Made by a program: the position numbers and the translations under genes
Part shown: positions 44,015-54,444 of the stretch, one piece after another
Layout of the letters: each line of letters starts with the position of its first letter
Numbering within the stretch: the stretch's first letter is position 1
DNA from: Bacillales bacterium UBA1188
Lineage (GTDB): Bacteria > Bacillota_I > Bacilli_A > Izemoplasmatales > UBA1188
Direction: 5' to 3'
NCBI GenBank assembly: GCA_002310135.1
Contig: DBYK01000001.1
Location: 367,949-431,948 of the forward strand
DNA length: 64,000 nt
The notes under the pieces: generated by a model
The model's database searches: none
What the model saw: the letters and a program-made list of their open reading frames with translations, nothing else
What the model was told of the DNA's origin: nothing

Positions 44015-44641
44015 TTACAATATTTCCTTAATCAAATTAAAACAATCAAAAGCGACTTCTTTAATAGATCTTTCGCCATTAACTGCCTTTATTCTATCAG
44101 GATATCTCTTAACGAGTTCAAGATATCCATCATGAGTTTTTTCGTGAAAACTCACAGATTCCTTGTCTAATCTATTAACCTCGTGAGAATCTGAGTGTTC
44201 TAATATTCTTTTAATTCCAGTTTTAGGATCTACATCTATAAATATAGTTAGGTCAGGATATTTTCCATCGATTGCAAATTCATTTATATCTTTTACTTTA
44301 TCTATCCCAAGACCACGTGCATAACCTTGATATGCTAAAGATGAATCAACATATCTATCACATATTACAACTTTACCTTGTTTTAAAAGAGGTAATACTT
44401 TTTGAACTAGATGTTGCCTTCTACTTGCAGCATATAAGAAAGCTTCACAAAGAGGGTCCATATCTGTATTGTTTACATCATGAATAACTGTTCTAACTTG
44501 TTCAGCGATAGCGACACCTCCAGGTTCACGAGTTGTCACAACGTCATATCCTTGAACCTTTAAATATCTTTCAACTTCTTTTATTACTGATGTTTTCCCA
44601 GAACCATCAGTTCCCTCAAAAGTGATAAATTTACCTTCCAT
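44015..44641 (-). CDS. tmk: thymidylate kinase
   Basis: FITFEGTDGSGKTS P-loop and DRY motif. Confidence 0.95.
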   Translation of the reverse strand: MEGKFITFEGTDGSGKTSVIKEVERYLKVQGYDVVTTREPGGVAIAEQVRTVIHDVNNTDMDPLCEAFLYAASRRQHLVQKVLPLLKQGKVVICDRYVDSSLAYQGYARGLGIDKVKDINEFAIDGKYPDLTIFIDVDPKTGIKRILEHSDSHEVNRLDKESVSFHEKTHDGYLELVKRYPDRIKAVNGERSIKEVAFDCFNLIKEIL

Positions 44642-44692
44642 AAAAAGATCCTCCTATATAATTATTATTTCACATTTTAATTATTTTTATAT

Positions 44693-45715
44693 TTAATAAT
44701 TAATTTTTATCAAATAAAGTCCTGAAGAAGGAGCTAATTTCCTATCTAAAGACTTAGTTTTAAGTTCAAGCATTTCTTTTATACTTCCCTTATCTTTATT
44801 CACAATTTCAACTATAGTGCCCACAATAAATCTAATCATATTATGTAAGAAGCCACTTCCTTTAAAATGAAAGATGATTTGTTCATTTTTCTTTATAGCG
44901 TATGCTTCAAAAAGAGTTCTTGTGGTGTTTTCTTTTTCACCTCTTGAAAAAGAAATAAAATTATGTTCACCTATTAAAGATTTCAATTCTTCATTGATTT
45001 TATCTATTGATTTTACCTTTTTATACCAAACATAATCCTTATTAAATACTGAATATTCACCTGTATCAATTATATATTCGTATTCTTTGGATATAGTATC
45101 ATATCTAACATTGAATAATTGACTTCTGCTATATGCTTTTTTTATTCTTATATCTAAAGGTAAAAGATTATTTAAGGCATATTTATATTTATCAGGTGAA
45201 ATATTGAATGATTCAAACTGAACAACTTGCGCTTTTGCGTGAACACCTCTATCAGTTCTAGATGAAATAATGACATCAACGTCCTTGTTTATCATCTTTT
45301 TAAGAGCAATTATTAATTCATCTTGAATGGTATTTAGTTTAGGATTTTTTTGTTTCTGCATCCCATAATAATTCTTGCCATCATATTCTATTTCAAGAAC
45401 AACATTTGTTTTTGACTCATCATATTTGGTAGTAATTATTGCCTCAAGTTCTTCTTTATAATTCATTTTAAATTTAGATATATATTTTATCGAATTATGA
45501 AAAAAATACATAATATAATGAGAATCTTCTTCAAAGATTTTAATATCACTAATATCATCTCTTAAACTAGATATATATTTTATAGATTCTTCTCTATCAA
45601 ATAATAGTTCTTCCTTTTCAGTTCTTATAGCTTGAAAACTATCAGGTAAAACCAATGAATCATCTTTATGATTTAGATAATTGATTATAGATTCTAAGGA
45701 AGGATGTATAGACAT
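44693..45715 (-). CDS. truA: tRNA pseudouridine38-40 synthase with ~95-aa N-terminal extension
   Basis: The TruA core starts near VVLEIEYDGKNYYGMQKQ, with catalytic RTDRGVHA. An internal Met (MNYKEEL, near 45466) is an alternative start. Confidence 0.85.
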   Translation of the reverse strand: MSIHPSLESIINYLNHKDDSLVLPDSFQAIRTEKEELLFDREESIKYISSLRDDISDIKIFEEDSHYIMYFFHNSIKYISKFKMNYKEELEAIITTKYDESKTNVVLEIEYDGKNYYGMQKQKNPKLNTIQDELIIALKKMINKDVDVIISSRTDRGVHAKAQVVQFESFNISPDKYKYALNNLLPLDIRIKKAYSRSQLFNVRYDTISKEYEYIIDTGEYSVFNKDYVWYKKVKSIDKINEELKSLIGEHNFISFSRGEKENTTRTLFEAYAIKKNEQIIFHFKGSGFLHNMIRFIVGTIVEIVNKDKGSIKEMLELKTKSLDRKLAPSSGLYLIKINY

Positions 45716-46659
45716 ATTGCGCCTCCTAAGAATAATGTCACAATAACTAAAGCAACAGTATCTTTATAGTTCCATTTTAGAATATGATACCTTGTTTTTG
45801 GTTTTCCAGGAACAAAGTTACGTGATAACATTGCATCTGCAAGTTCATCACTTCTTTCAAATGAAATAACGAACATAGGAACAAGTAGAGATACTAGTTG
45901 TTTAATTCTTTTGATTAAAGAACCATTTTTAAAATCTGCACCTCTTGCGGCTTGTGCATCCATTATTTTATATGCTTCATCTAAAATAGTAGGAATGTAT
46001 CTTAAAGCGATAGTGATAATTAAAGCTATCTCTTCAGGATTGATTTTAAATATTTTAAGTGGTCTAAAAAGCCACTCTATCGCAAGCGTTAAATCAGTCG
46101 GTTTTGTGGTTAGAGTTAGAAGTGTAGATATAAATACAATAGTAATTAATCTAAAGAAGACAAACAAACTTGTGTTTAAACCCTCTTTATAAATATTTAA
46201 ATCAAATGGATTAAACAACTCTACAAAACTTAAATATTTCAAAGATATGAATATTAAACTCAAATATACAAGCAACCATAAGAATTTTAGTTTTAAATAT
46301 TTTAAAGATATAAAATATATAATTGTGATTAGTAAAATAGCTGAAATAGATGTTAAAGAGAAATATAATTTAGTGTTATAAATGATATCTCCTTGTCTAT
46401 TGAACAATAATTGAAATATGAACACAAATAAAGATAATATGAGAAGTGGTTTAAGCCCTTTAATAGCTTTTATTATAGATAATCTTGCGGTTAAAAGTAG
46501 AATAATTATTAAAGCCAGTGATACTAAAATAGCGTAGACATTTTTAAAAAAGAAGATTGCGACCATAAGGACAATGGTTGAAATAATCTTCGCTCTTGGG
46601 TCTAATTTATGTAGGTATGAATTACCAGGTACATACTGGCCTAATACAAAATTATTCAT
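45694..46659 (-). CDS. ecfT: energy-coupling factor transporter transmembrane subunit
   Basis: GQYVPGNSYLHKLDPRAKI N-terminus and ARGADF motif. Confidence 0.85.
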   Translation of the reverse strand: MNNFVLGQYVPGNSYLHKLDPRAKIISTIVLMVAIFFFKNVYAILVSLALIIILLLTARLSIIKAIKGLKPLLILSLFVFIFQLLFNRQGDIIYNTKLYFSLTSISAILLITIIYFISLKYLKLKFLWLLVYLSLIFISLKYLSFVELFNPFDLNIYKEGLNTSLFVFFRLITIVFISTLLTLTTKPTDLTLAIEWLFRPLKIFKINPEEIALIITIALRYIPTILDEAYKIMDAQAARGADFKNGSLIKRIKQLVSLLVPMFVISFERSDELADAMLSRNFVPGKPKTRYHILKWNYKDTVALVIVTLFLGGAICLYILP

Positions 46660-47512
46660 CTTTTAATAATTCTTCTAACAATTCTTCTTTACTTTCTAAT
46701 AATTGATTGATGTTTTTGTTTAATTTTTCATTAATCATTTTCGATATGATAAAAGTGTCTGGATAATCGATATGAGCATCTTTTACTATATCTAAATGAT
46801 TTAAGAATAGTTCTTCTTTAGTTCCATCATATTTGATAGTTCTATCCGCAACTACGATTACTCTTTTAGCGTATTCCATAACGATGTTCATATCATGAGT
46901 TATAAAAACAACTGTTTTATGAAGATCTCTATTTAGTACTCTAAATAACTCAATCATCTTTTTCTTAGTTTCAGGATCTAAGCCTGCGGTAGGTTCATCA
47001 AAAACTAAGATATCTGGTTCCATCGCAAGTATTCCAGCAATTGAAACGATTTTCTTTTCTCCACCAGATAATTGAAAAGGACTTTTTTCATAAAATGATT
47101 CATCAATTCCAACAAGATTGAGCGCTTTTATTGCGATTTCTTTAGCTTCTTCTTTTTTATAACCAAAATTCATTGGCGCAAACATTACATCATTTAAAAC
47201 TGTCTCTTCAAATAATTGATAATCACTGAATTGGAAAACAAGCCCAACGTGCTTTCTAATGGAATTGTAGTTCTCTTTTCTTTTTCTTATCTTTTTTATT
47301 GTGATACCCATTACATTCGCTTCACCTAATGTAGGAATCTTAAGGGCATTAAATAAAGATACAAGAGTAGATTTACCACTACCAGATTCGCCAATGATTG
47401 CGATCATCTCATCGCGTTCATTTATTTCTAAAGAAACATTTTTAAGTGCGTATTTTGTTCCTTTTCTTTTTGGATTATAAGAATAACTTACTTCTTTGAG
47501 GCTAATTCCCAT
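46652..47512 (-). CDS. ecfA2: ECF transporter ATPase
   Basis: GESGSGKST, LSGGEKK, VFDEPTAGLDP. Confidence 0.9.
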   Translation of the reverse strand: MGISLKEVSYSYNPKRKGTKYALKNVSLEINERDEMIAIIGESGSGKSTLVSLFNALKIPTLGEANVMGITIKKIRKRKENYNSIRKHVGLVFQFSDYQLFEETVLNDVMFAPMNFGYKKEEAKEIAIKALNLVGIDESFYEKSPFQLSGGEKKIVSIAGILAMEPDILVFDEPTAGLDPETKKKMIELFRVLNRDLHKTVVFITHDMNIVMEYAKRVIVVADRTIKYDGTKEELFLNHLDIVKDAHIDYPDTFIISKMINEKLNKNINQLLESKEELLEELLKDE

Positions 47513-48294
47513 AATAGATTTAAAACCTCCTTATTCTTATAATTATTTTTCTTTAATTCATGAAAAAGGTATAGTGATGTAGGCATTTCAAGACTTGACT
47601 TTGCCAAACAATCATAATCTAGTAATACATCTAGTGTTTTTCCGTCTCTTATAATCTTTCCATTATATAAAACAATACATCTATCTGAAAGAAGAGCTTC
47701 ATCCATATTATGAGTAATCATAATAATTGTTTTGCCTTTTTCCTTTAAAGATTTAACAACGTTTATAAAATCTTCTCTACCTTTTGGATCAAGCATAGAA
47801 GTTGATTCATCTAAAATTAAAATATCTGGTTCCATTGCTAAAATAGATGCAATAGCAGCGCGTTGTTTCTCACCACCAGATAAATTAGATGGCATCTCAT
47901 ATTTGTATTCAATCATCCCAACAAGATTTAAGGCGTCATCTATTTTCTTTTCCATTTCTTGTGGATTAACTTCAAGATTCTCAAGCCCAAAAGCGATATC
48001 ATCTTCTATAGATGTTGCGACAAATTGATTGTCTGGATTTTGGTATACTATACCTATCTTTTTTCTTATTTCATAGATATTTTCTTCATTAAGTGCTAGG
48101 CCATCTATTTTAATAGTTCCTTCTTTAGCTGATAAAATACCTATTAACAATTTAGATAAAGTGGATTTACCACTTCCATTATGTCCAATCAATGAAACCC
48201 ATTCACCTTTATCAATATTAAAAGATACACCATCAAGTGCATTAACAGTTTCATCTTCATATTTATATACTAAGTTTAAAACTTCAATAAGCAT
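47488..48294 (-). CDS. ecfA1: ECF transporter ATPase
   Basis: GHNGSGKST, LSGGEKQR, ILDESTSMLDP. Confidence 0.9.
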   Translation of the reverse strand: MLIEVLNLVYKYEDETVNALDGVSFNIDKGEWVSLIGHNGSGKSTLSKLLIGILSAKEGTIKIDGLALNEENIYEIRKKIGIVYQNPDNQFVATSIEDDIAFGLENLEVNPQEMEKKIDDALNLVGMIEYKYEMPSNLSGGEKQRAAIASILAMEPDILILDESTSMLDPKGREDFINVVKSLKEKGKTIIMITHNMDEALLSDRCIVLYNGKIIRDGKTLDVLLDYDCLAKSSLEMPTSLYLFHELKKNNYKNKEVLNLLWELASKK

Positions 48295-48393
48295 TTTTTA
48301 CCTCAACTTATTATTATATCATATAATAAGTTAGAATTGTAAAAGCACTTTATGAATTGAAAAAATGAAAAAACTCCAATAACTCTATTGGGA

Positions 48394-48543
48394 CTAAAAT
48401 ATTATTTTATTGCTTATTCTTATGACATCATTCGATATAGTTTCACTATTATTAGTGGAAGGAAGTGTTGTTTCGTTTGGTTTAATATTACAAGCTAAAA
48501 GAAAGCTACATATAAAAATAACTATAAAAAATATTTTTTTCAT
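48394..48543 (-). CDS. candidate 49-aa lipoprotein
   Basis: MKKIFFIVIFICSFLLACNIKP... (lipobox LLAC) with RBS GAGGAGGAG. It has its own terminator hairpin (CCAATAGAGTTATTGG + T-run) at 48368-48396. Below the track's size cut-off. Confidence 0.4.
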   Translation of the reverse strand: MKKIFFIVIFICSFLLACNIKPNETTLPSTNNSETISNDVIRISNKIIF

Positions 48544-48582
48544 ATTGCACTCCTCCTCTTCTCATCTTTAGTATATCATACA

Positions 48583-48624
48583 TCATAAAATAAACCCCAA
48601 TAGTTTTTTGTACTATTGAGGTTT
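48583..48624 (-). terminator. terminator after rplQ
   Basis: 12-bp stem AAACCTCAATAG/CTATTGGGGTTT (one mismatch), followed by TTTATTTTAT on the minus strand. Confidence 0.6.
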
Positions 48625-48636
48625 AATAATTAACTA

Positions 48637-49002
48637 TTATTTTACAAATCTAATTAAAGCCATTGGGGCTCCATCGCCTACTCTTGGAGCGAGTTTGAAG
48701 ATTTGTGTGTAACCACCATTTCTTTCTTTATGTTTAGGGGCAATTTCATCAAATAGAATTTGAGTTGCGGTTTTGCCTTCAGAATTTTTAAGTGGTCTTA
48801 AGGTTTCCATAACGTTTCTTCTTGCGGCTAGAGTTCCTTCTTTTGCAGTTGTGACTAGTTTTTCAACTATGCCTTGAACTAATTTTGCTTTCTTTAGAGT
48901 TGTTTTTATTTCGCCATGAAGAATAAGTTGAGTAGAGAGGTCTCTAACTAAAGCTTTTCTAGATGACATATCGCGATTTAATTGCGTAAATTTGTTTGAC
49001 AT
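48637..49002 (-). CDS. rplQ: 50S ribosomal protein L17
   Basis: LNRDMSSRKALVRDLSTQLILHGEIKTT matches the L17 N-terminus. Last gene of the alpha operon. Confidence 0.97.
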   Translation of the reverse strand: MSNKFTQLNRDMSSRKALVRDLSTQLILHGEIKTTLKKAKLVQGIVEKLVTTAKEGTLAARRNVMETLRPLKNSEGKTATQILFDEIAPKHKERNGGYTQIFKLAPRVGDGAPMALIRFVK

Positions 49003-49014
49003 ATATCCTCCATA

Positions 49015-50022
49015 TTAATGATGAGCGAAAGAGAGTCCCATCTCGTTTAACTTGTCTTTTATTTCTTTTAGGGATTTCTTTCCTAAGTTTCTGATCTTCA
49101 TCATATCTTCTTCAGTTTTTTCTGTGAGTTCAGAAACTTTCTTGATTCCAAATCTCTTAAGGCAGTTGTATGATCTAACGCTTAAATCAAGATCTTCTAT
49201 TAGTCTATCAGGTGTTTGATTTTCTTTTTCTTCGATAGCAACACCACCTGTTGTAGAACCTTCCTCTTCAGCTTTCTTAGATAGGAGTAATACAGGTTCT
49301 AGTTGATCTCTTAAATATTTTGCAGCTTTAGCTACAGCATATTCAGGAGTAACTCCACCATTTGTATAAACTTCAAGAATCAATTCTTCATAGTTAGGAT
49401 TATCAAGAATTCTATATTTATTAACATGATATGCAACACGTGTTACAGGAGTATAGATTGAATCAATAGGAATTACTTCGCTTTCGCCTTCATAATATTT
49501 TCTATTTTCTTCTGCACTCTTGTAGCCTATGCCTCTTCTTGCAGTCATGCTGATTCTGAGCCTTCCTTCATTTACTCTACAGATATATTGATCTTTATTG
49601 ACAATTTCAACTTCATCATCAGTAATGATATCTTCTGCAGTAACGGTTCTTGGGCCTTCTAAATCAATTTCAAGATTATCTTTTTCTATTTTTTCGTCGT
49701 TTAAGAATTTTAAAACAACGCCTTTTAAATTTAATACTATTCCAGTTACATCTTCTACTACACCAGCAATTGATGAAAATTCATGTTGAATGCCATCAAT
49801 TTTAATTGATGTAATGGCAGCTCCTGGAAGACTTGCGAGTAACACTCTTCTTAGTGCGTTACCTACTGTTAAACCATAGCCTCTTTCAAGTGGTTTAATA
49901 GATAAAACTGCACTATTCTCACCTGTTTGTGTAATAACTGCCTTTGGAGCAATGAGTTTTAATTCATCATTAGATTGACTGACCATATCAGTTTCTAATA
50001 AAGCATCTTTCATTTCTGGCAT
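49015..50022 (-). CDS. rpoA: DNA-directed RNA polymerase subunit alpha
   Basis: PLERGYGLTVGNALRRVLL and a C-terminal HhH domain (LDLSVRSYNCLKR). Confidence 0.97.
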   Translation of the reverse strand: MPEMKDALLETDMVSQSNDELKLIAPKAVITQTGENSAVLSIKPLERGYGLTVGNALRRVLLASLPGAAITSIKIDGIQHEFSSIAGVVEDVTGIVLNLKGVVLKFLNDEKIEKDNLEIDLEGPRTVTAEDIITDDEVEIVNKDQYICRVNEGRLRISMTARRGIGYKSAEENRKYYEGESEVIPIDSIYTPVTRVAYHVNKYRILDNPNYEELILEVYTNGGVTPEYAVAKAAKYLRDQLEPVLLLSKKAEEEGSTTGGVAIEEKENQTPDRLIEDLDLSVRSYNCLKRFGIKKVSELTEKTEEDMMKIRNLGKKSLKEIKDKLNEMGLSFAHH

Positions 50023-50031
50023 AATAACCTC

Positions 50032-50415
50032 CTAACCACGAGGTCTCTTTGGTGGACGACATCCATTGTGTGGGATTGGAGTCGTATCACAAATTGATGT
50101 GATTTCAAGTCCAGCAACCGCTAAAGATCTAACTGCAGTATCTCTTCCTGGTCCTGGTCCTTTAACTTCAACTTCTACTTTTTTCATTCCGCAATCCATA
50201 GCTGCTTTAGCTGCTGCTTCACTTGCGAGTCCTGCAGCAAATGGAGTTGATTTTTTAGATCCCTTATATCCTACAGCACCTGCTGAACTCCAAGATACTA
50301 AATTGCCTTGTGGATCAGTGATTGATACTATAGTGTTATTGAATGTTGAATGAATATGTGCGATACCATAAGGGATATTTTTCTTAACACGACGTTTTTT
50401 ACTTGTAGTTGCCAT
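50032..50415 (-). CDS. rpsK: 30S ribosomal protein S11
   Basis: [18 protein letters not shown]. Confidence 0.97.
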   Translation of the reverse strand: MATTSKKRRVKKNIPYGIAHIHSTFNNTIVSITDPQGNLVSWSSAGAVGYKGSKKSTPFAAGLASEAAAKAAMDCGMKKVEVEVKGPGPGRDTAVRSLAVAGLEITSICDTTPIPHNGCRPPKRPRG

Positions 50416-50433
50416 TGTAACTATCCTCCCTTA

Positions 50434-50799
50434 TTATTTCTTCTTATTAGTAACGGTCTTCTTTGGACCTTTACGTGTTCTAGCGTTGTTTCTTGTATTT
50501 TGTCCTCTAACAGGTAGACCTTTTCTATGTCTAATACCTCTATAGCATCCAATATCCATTAAACGCTTGATATCGTTAGTGACGTCTCTACGTAAGTCAC
50601 CTTCGATTTTATATTTAGAAACTTCTGTTCTAATTTTAGTTAATTCTTCATCAGTTAAATTTTTAACTCTTGTGTCTTCTGATATTCCAGTTTCTTTTAG
50701 AATTTTCTTAGAAATGCTTAATCCTATACCATAAATATAAGTTAGGGAAATAACGACTCTTTTATCATTAGGAATATCTACACCTACTATACGTGCCAT
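50434..50799 (-). CDS. rpsM: 30S ribosomal protein S13
   Basis: [15 protein letters not shown]. Confidence 0.97.
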   Translation of the reverse strand: MARIVGVDIPNDKRVVISLTYIYGIGLSISKKILKETGISEDTRVKNLTDEELTKIRTEVSKYKIEGDLRRDVTNDIKRLMDIGCYRGIRHRKGLPVRGQNTRNNARTRKGPKKTVTNKKK

Positions 50800-50816
50800 C
50801 TTTTTCTTGTTTCTCC

Positions 50817-50933
50817 TTATTTACCTTGTCTTTGTTTATGTTTAGGATTTTCACAAATTACCATTACAACACCATGTCTTTTAATAACTTTGCATTTGTC
50901 GCAAATCTTTTTTACTGAAGGTCTTGTTTTCAT
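50817..50933 (-). CDS. rpmJ: 50S ribosomal protein L36 (Zn-binding form)
   Basis: Own translation gives [38 protein letters not shown]. Too short for the track. Confidence 0.95.
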   Translation of the reverse strand: MKTRPSVKKICDKCKVIKRHGVVMVICENPKHKQRQGK

Positions 50934-50941
50934 TAATTTGA

Positions 50942-51175
50942 TTATTCTCCTTTTTTATTATTGTATCTCCTCGTAATTCTGCCACGTGATAAATCATAAG
51001 TTGAAACTTCAACTTTTACTTGTTGTCCTTGCAAAATGCGTATGTTGTTTATACGGATTTTGCCAGATACGTGCGCATGGATACGATGTCCATTATTAAG
51101 TTCTACAATGAATTCGGTATTTGGCAATACCTCAGCAATTGTACCATCGAATTCGATTACATCATCTTTTGCCAT
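50942..51175 (-). CDS. infA: translation initiation factor IF-1
   Basis: [22 protein letters not shown]... Confidence 0.97.
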   Translation of the reverse strand: MAKDDVIEFDGTIAEVLPNTEFIVELNNGHRIHAHVSGKIRINNIRILQGQQVKVEVSTYDLSRGRITRRYNNKKGE

Positions 51176-51213
51176 TCATTTCTCCTTAAATTTATCTCTA
51201 GTCTCTTTCTTCC

Positions 51214-51879
51214 TTAGAGATTTGAAGAAGAAAGAGACTTTCTTTCGTTAAGATTTTTCATAACTACTTGATAGAGATCTATTGTGTCTAGTGACCCATC
51301 AACGTTCATAATTAAACCTTCTTTAATATAATAATCGATTAATGGGGCAGTTTGATTGTTGTATACATTAAGTCTTTCTTTAATAGCTTCTATCTTATCG
51401 TCGGCTCTTGTGATAACTTCGCCACCGCATTTGTCACATACACCTTCAACTTTAGGGTTGTGATTTCTTGTGTTATAGATAGCGCCACACTCTTTGCATA
51501 CTCTTCTTGATGAGAGTCTTTCTATTACAAGATCATCATCAACTATTAAATTAATAACTGCGTCAAGTTCTATTCCAAGATCATCCATGTTCTTTTTTAG
51601 TGCTTGAGCTTGATTAATAGTGCGTGGATATCCATCAAAGATATAATCTTTATTTGGATTTTCTACAAGGATTTTCTTAATAATATCATTTGTAACTTCA
51701 TCAGGAACTAAGTTACCTTTTCTGATATAGGAATTAGCAAGAAGTCCAAGTTCTGATTGAGAAGCAATTTCTCTTCTAAATATATCTCCAGTTGATAAAT
51801 GGATTAAATTATTCTTTTTGAACTCTTCGCAGATTGAGCCTTTACCGGCTCCTGGTTTTCCTAAAATCACAAAATTCAT
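51214..51879 (-). CDS. adk: adenylate kinase (Zn-lid type)
   Basis: GKPGAGKGS P-loop and lid CKECG...CDKCGG. Confidence 0.97.
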   Translation of the reverse strand: MNFVILGKPGAGKGSICEEFKKNNLIHLSTGDIFRREIASQSELGLLANSYIRKGNLVPDEVTNDIIKKILVENPNKDYIFDGYPRTINQAQALKKNMDDLGIELDAVINLIVDDDLVIERLSSRRVCKECGAIYNTRNHNPKVEGVCDKCGGEVITRADDKIEAIKERLNVYNNQTAPLIDYYIKEGLIMNVDGSLDTIDLYQVVMKNLNERKSLSSSNL

Positions 51880-51887
51880 ATTTTCTC

Positions 51888-53189
51888 CTATGCTAAAAAG
51901 CCAGCATATTTTTGTTCTTGAGCATCAGCTTTAATTTGACGCCATGTCTCAATAGCAACACCAACAACGATCATCATAGATGTTCCGCCAACTTCGATTG
52001 ATGATGAAGCACCAAGCATAGTTGCGAATGTTGGAAGTGATGCAATAACAACTAGATAGATAGCGCCAAATAAGGTAACGTTAAATATTGTTTTGGATAG
52101 ATATTGCTCAGTTTCATATCCTGGACGATATCCAGGGATATATGCACCACGTTTTTGTAAATCTTCTGCAGTCTTCTGTGGATTGATTTGTAAGAATGTA
52201 TAGAAAATTGAGAAGAAGAATATTAATAGTACATATATTACGTAACCTAAGATACTACTTGATGAGAATATTTGATATAACCAATTATAAGCTGTTGGAT
52301 TAGAATTATATAATCCTGCATAAGAGATTATAGTTAGAGGTATTCCCATTAATGTAGATGCGAAGATTACTGGGATAACTGATGCAGAGTTAAGTTTGAT
52401 TGGAAATACTGATTCACTTGAGCCTCTAAATTTAGCAGCTCCAGGTCTATTAGAGTATTGTATTTGAATCTTTCTTTGACTCGCTTCCATAAATACTATA
52501 CCGATTATTACTGCGAAGAATAAGAGGAGCGAGAATGCTGCGCTTAAATATTTAGCGAATGCAACATTTTGTCCTGATATATCGTTAATTAGTGATTTGA
52601 TAGAACCAGGTAGAGAGATTATGATACCCATAGCGATTAATAGTGAAGTACCATTTCCAACACCATATTGAGTGATTAGATCAGCAAACCAAATACAAAG
52701 TGCTGATCCAGCTGTTAAAGTTATAACTACTGCCATTAAACCTATAAATGAGGTTCTTTGATACTGGAATATTTGGTCTTTCATACCAAATGTTGTTCCA
52801 ATAGCTTGAATGAAAGCAACTATGATACCTAAATATCTTGTGAGTTGGCTTAATTTTTTACGACCTTCTTCACCTTCTTCTTTCCATTCAGCTAATACTG
52901 GAATTATGTCCATTTCTAATAGTTCAACTATGATAGATGCGGTGATATAAGGTGAAACACCTAATGCAATAATAGAATATGTTCTTAAACTGTCTCCTGT
53001 AAAAGAGTTAATAATACCAATAAATCCTTGAGCTTCATCAGATGAGAATAATTCAACACCCTTAACTGCTGGAATCATTGTGCAAATCTTGTATACTAGG
53101 AAGATTCCAAGTGTAAATAATATCTTGAGAGCAACTTCCTTAATCTTTTGTTGCTTTTCTTTGTTTTGGAAGACTTTTGTTTTTTCCAT
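51888..53189 (-). CDS. secY: preprotein translocase subunit SecY
   Basis: 433 aa, 10-TM pattern. Lies between rplO and adk. Confidence 0.97.
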   Translation of the reverse strand: MEKTKVFQNKEKQQKIKEVALKILFTLGIFLVYKICTMIPAVKGVELFSSDEAQGFIGIINSFTGDSLRTYSIIALGVSPYITASIIVELLEMDIIPVLAEWKEEGEEGRKKLSQLTRYLGIIVAFIQAIGTTFGMKDQIFQYQRTSFIGLMAVVITLTAGSALCIWFADLITQYGVGNGTSLLIAMGIIISLPGSIKSLINDISGQNVAFAKYLSAAFSLLLFFAVIIGIVFMEASQRKIQIQYSNRPGAAKFRGSSESVFPIKLNSASVIPVIFASTLMGIPLTIISYAGLYNSNPTAYNWLYQIFSSSSILGYVIYVLLIFFFSIFYTFLQINPQKTAEDLQKRGAYIPGYRPGYETEQYLSKTIFNVTLFGAIYLVVIASLPTFATMLGASSSIEVGGTSMMIVVGVAIETWRQIKADAQEQKYAGFLA

Positions 53190-53626
53190 TAGAGCACCTC
53201 AACTTTGCCTTGAGCGCCTTCTATTTTTGCTTTAGCATTGAGAGAAACTTTATCAACTTTTACAGTTAAAGATTTTGTAATTTCACCATTTCCAAGCACT
53301 TTAACAAGTTTAGCATCCTTATCAATTAAGTTAGCTTTAATTAAAGCTTCTTTATCTACTAATGAACCATTATCAAATACTTCGAGCTTAGAGAGATTAA
53401 CAATTGCATATTCTTTTCTAAATACATGAGTGAATCCTCTCTTCGCAATTCTTTTATATAGTGGAGTTTGACCACCAGTGAAACCTAAACGAACTCCTCC
53501 ACCAGCACGTGCTCCAGCACCTTTTTGACCTCTAGCTGAAGTCTTTCCATGTGAACCGTAGCCACGTCCTAATATTTTTTTAGAATGGATACTACCATCT
53601 GTGTATTTTAAATTATCAAGACCCAT
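53189..53626 (-). CDS. rplO: 50S ribosomal protein L15
   Basis: Trimmed to ATG 53626 behind AAGGAGG. GRGYGSHGKTSARGQKG. Confidence 0.95.
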   Translation of the reverse strand: MGLDNLKYTDGSIHSKKILGRGYGSHGKTSARGQKGAGARAGGGVRLGFTGGQTPLYKRIAKRGFTHVFRKEYAIVNLSKLEVFDNGSLVDKEALIKANLIDKDAKLVKVLGNGEITKSLTVKVDKVSLNAKAKIEGAQGKVEVL

Positions 53627-53627
53627 A

Positions 53628-53813
53628 TTAAGCCTCCTTAATCTCTTCAACAGCAACTAGATGACTAATAGTATTAATCATTCCTCTTACTTGTTTTGAG
53701 TCATTTTTTTCAACTGAACTATGAAGCTTGTGAAGTCCTAAAGCTTTTACAGTTGCAATTTGATTTGGTTTTCTTGTAATAGGGCTCTTTATCAATGTAA
53801 TTTTTAATTTCAT
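53628..53813 (-). CDS. rpmD: 50S ribosomal protein L30
   Basis: [12 protein letters not shown]... Confidence 0.95.
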   Translation of the reverse strand: MKLKITLIKSPITRKPNQIATVKALGLHKLHSSVEKNDSKQVRGMINTISHLVAVEEIKEA

Positions 53814-54433
53814 TATCCGAGCACCTTCCTTACATCGATTCCTCTTACTTCAGCAACTTGATCAGCAGAACGTAAATTCTTTAATGCATCAAATGTAGCT
53901 CTAACTACATTTACTGGAGTATGAGAACCAAGTGATTTACTTAATACGTCTTCAATACCAGCGAGTTCCATAACGGCACGCACAGCACCACCAGCAGATA
54001 CACCAGTACCAGGAACTGCAGGTTTTAATAAAACTGAACCAGCTCCATAGTGGCCTACTACTTGGTGAGGAATTGTAGTGCCATAAAGAGGAACTTTAAC
54101 TAGATTCTTTTCAGCATCTTTAGCTGCTTTCTTGATTGCATCTGGTACTTCATGAGCTTTACCAGTACCAAATCCAACTAGACCTTTACCATCTCCAATA
54201 ACAACTAAAGCATTGAAACGAAGTCTTCTACCACCCTTAACAACCTTAGTTATTCTTCCTACAGAGATTAACTTTTCTTGATAAGGTGATTCTTCTTCTT
54301 TTCTTTCTTCTCTTCTTCTTGGACGACGATCAGATGAAGTTCTTCTAGCTCCTTTAGCCTCTTGAGCTTGTTGTACTACTTCTTGTTCTTGAGCATTATC
54401 TTCAACTTGGATATCTAATTCTTTATCTTCCAT
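53813..54433 (-). CDS. rpsE: 30S ribosomal protein S5 (charged N-terminal extension)
   Basis: [27 protein letters not shown] 54433 sits behind GGAGGA. Confidence 0.95.
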   Translation of the reverse strand: MEDKELDIQVEDNAQEQEVVQQAQEAKGARRTSSDRRPRRREERKEEESPYQEKLISVGRITKVVKGGRRLRFNALVVIGDGKGLVGFGTGKAHEVPDAIKKAAKDAEKNLVKVPLYGTTIPHQVVGHYGAGSVLLKPAVPGTGVSAGGAVRAVMELAGIEDVLSKSLGSHTPVNVVRATFDALKNLRSADQVAEVRGIDVRKVLG

Positions 54434-54444
54434 TTTCAATCCTC

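Noticed and set aside
51176-51213. Missing map (methionine aminopeptidase) between adk and infA.
   Set aside because: Gene-order variation of this kind is common, and there is no remnant sequence. It is not informative on its own.
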